Shown: positions 62,268 through 64,000 of the stretch, piece after piece
Layout: each line of letters starts with the position of its first letter
Position numbering within the stretch: position 1 is the first letter of the stretch
Assembly (NCBI RefSeq): GCF_006345805.1
Contig: NC_042997.1
Span: 172,236,001-172,300,000, forward strand
DNA length: 64,000 bases
Direction of reading: 5' to 3'
Source: Octopus sinensis
Lineage: Eukaryota
Notes under the pieces: generated by a model
The model's input: the letters and a program-made list of their open reading frames with translations, nothing else
Databases searched by the model: none
What the model was told of the DNA's origin: nothing
Made by a program: the position numbers and the translations under genes

Positions 62268-63689
62268 GAGAGAGAATCATGATGTTGTAAGAGAGAAATG
62301 TGTTCACAGGGATGATGGTTCATTTGCACTAAACGAGGATGCAAAGTGAGAGGTTTGGAGACGCCACTATGAAAGGTTGCTGAATAAAGAAAATGGATGG
62401 GAGAAAGAGAGTCTGCCAAATGTTGACCCAACACAGGGATCACTATCCGAGTTGACAGTACCTTGATAGATAAAGCAATTAAGAGTATGAAGACAGGGAA
62501 AGCCCCCGGCCCATCAAGAATCACTGCAGAGATGCTCAAAATATCTGGCAGTGTCAGGTATAGCCTAGTCACCCGTATAGTTAACCAGGTGATACACGAA
62601 GGAGTCATACCCAATGACTGGTGTAGAAGCACTATAATCAACTGCTACAAAGGAAAAGGTGATACTTTAGATACAAATAATTACAGAGGTATCTAATTGT
62701 TGGATCAGGTAATGAAGGTCTCGGAGAGGGTCATAGCCCAACTAATTAGGGAGACAGTCAGTTTAGATGAGATGCAGTTTGGGTTCATGCCAGGGAAAAG
62801 CACTACTGATGCTATATTTCTGGTATGGCAGCTGCAGCAGAAATACCTAGCCAAAGATAAACCTCTGTACCTGGCTTTTGTTGACATGGAGAAAGTCTTT
62901 GACAGGGTCCCCCCAATCCCTTATCTGGTGGTCAATGAGGAAACTAGAAATAGATGAATGGTTAGTGAGAGCTGTGCAAGCCATGTACAGGGACGCTGTC
63001 AGTAAGGTGAGGGTTGGCAACAAGTACAGTGAAGAATTCCGGGTGGAGGTAGGGGTTCACCAAGGTTCAATCCTTAGCCCCCTTCCTATTTATCATAGTC
63101 CTCTAGGCAATAACAGAGGAATTCAAGACAGGATGCCCCTGGGAGCTCCTCTATGCTGATGACCTTGCTCTAATTGCTGAGTCACAATCAGAACTAGAGG
63201 AGAAGTTTCAGATGTGGAAACAAGGATTAGAATCAAAGGGCCTTAGAGTGAACCTAGCTAAATCCAAAGTCCTAATATGTAGGAAGGCAGGCAAACCACA
63301 AATCCAGACCTGGGATGAAGTGGTGAAGCACGACCTTCGAACATTAGGCCTCACCGAGGTAATGACTAGTGACTGAGACTTTTGGAAATATGCTGTGCTT
63401 GAGAAGACCCAGTGAGCCAAATGAGACCATAACCTTGTGGCCTATGCCAGGGGCGTAACCAGCCCACTTATGCATACCTTTCCTTCATGGGACACTAAAC
63501 TCTGCTTGCAAAGACATGTTAAGGCAAGTGAAATCGAAATCAAATTTGATAACTGGCATCTGTGCCAGTGTGGTGCTAAGAGCACCATCTGAGCATGATT
63601 GTTGACAGAGTGGCTACCTGGCTACTGTGCCAGTGGCACATAAAAGGTACTATTCGAGTGTGATCATTACCAGCATTGCCTTACTGGCA
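62268..63689 (+). mobile_element. Decayed RTE LINE (RT core, internal deletion, part of the 3' UTR)
   Basis: KAPGPSRITAEMLK, KGKGDTLDTNNYRGI, QFGFMPGKSTTDAIF, LAFVDMEKVFDRV, VGVHQGSILSP and LLYADDLALIAE, split by stops and frameshifts. Confidence 0.85.
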
Positions 63690-64000
63690 CTATATAATAT
63701 TTATCAACGAGATAAGTAACGTTTTTTCTTTAACAATATCATTCAACTTTTGAATTGTATTATGCTTGATTATTATTATTATTGTTGTTAAAATATTAAT
63801 TTATATATAATTTCTTGATAATTATTACTTACGATATGTATATCTATTTATGTATTTTGTTTATAATTATTTTTATAATGTGATTTAACATATTACATAT
63901 AATTTAATTTGAGAAATAATTTTGTAAGACAACATATTATTTAATAGTTAGGTGGTCTATTTATTACATAGTATTACATTTAAGTAAATAAGTTTAATAT

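Overview
AT-rich, repeat-dense eukaryotic DNA. The SINE/LINE families and the (TA)n, (CA)n, (GAT)n and (TAA)n load point to a cephalopod, most likely Octopus (inference from family recognition; no search was run). I cannot support any intact host gene, tRNA/rRNA gene or CRISPR array. Almost every ORF in the track is either a microsatellite translation or a transposon remnant. Recognisable elements: (1) a young 5'-truncated Penelope-like element (PLE) with a GIY-YIG endonuclease and 400-bp inverted termini (3.2-5.8 kb), next to an older PLE RT remnant; (2) a decayed Helitron spread over 10.7-15.1 kb, plus short non-autonomous Helitrons; (3) a near-full-length R4/Dong-type RLE LINE at the centre of a chain of (TAA)n-flanked insertions (18.4-24 kb); (4) RTE, Tx1-like and CR1-like LINE remnants; (5) Tc1/mariner remnants and piggyBac-like MITEs; (6) many tRNA-derived SINEs. 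The most interesting signal is not in the ORF track. At least six unrelated sequence families carry type-I hammerhead-ribozyme (HHR) folds. Most sit in short non-coding elements between (TA)n tracts with an inverted (fold-back) end. Four cluster at 54.6-60.5 kb, including a 594-nt unit with a retrozyme-like layout and a candidate G3-C8 core variant. The PLE-hammerhead link is established knowledge. The folds were read by eye, their activity is untested, and approximate boundaries are given where elements are decayed.
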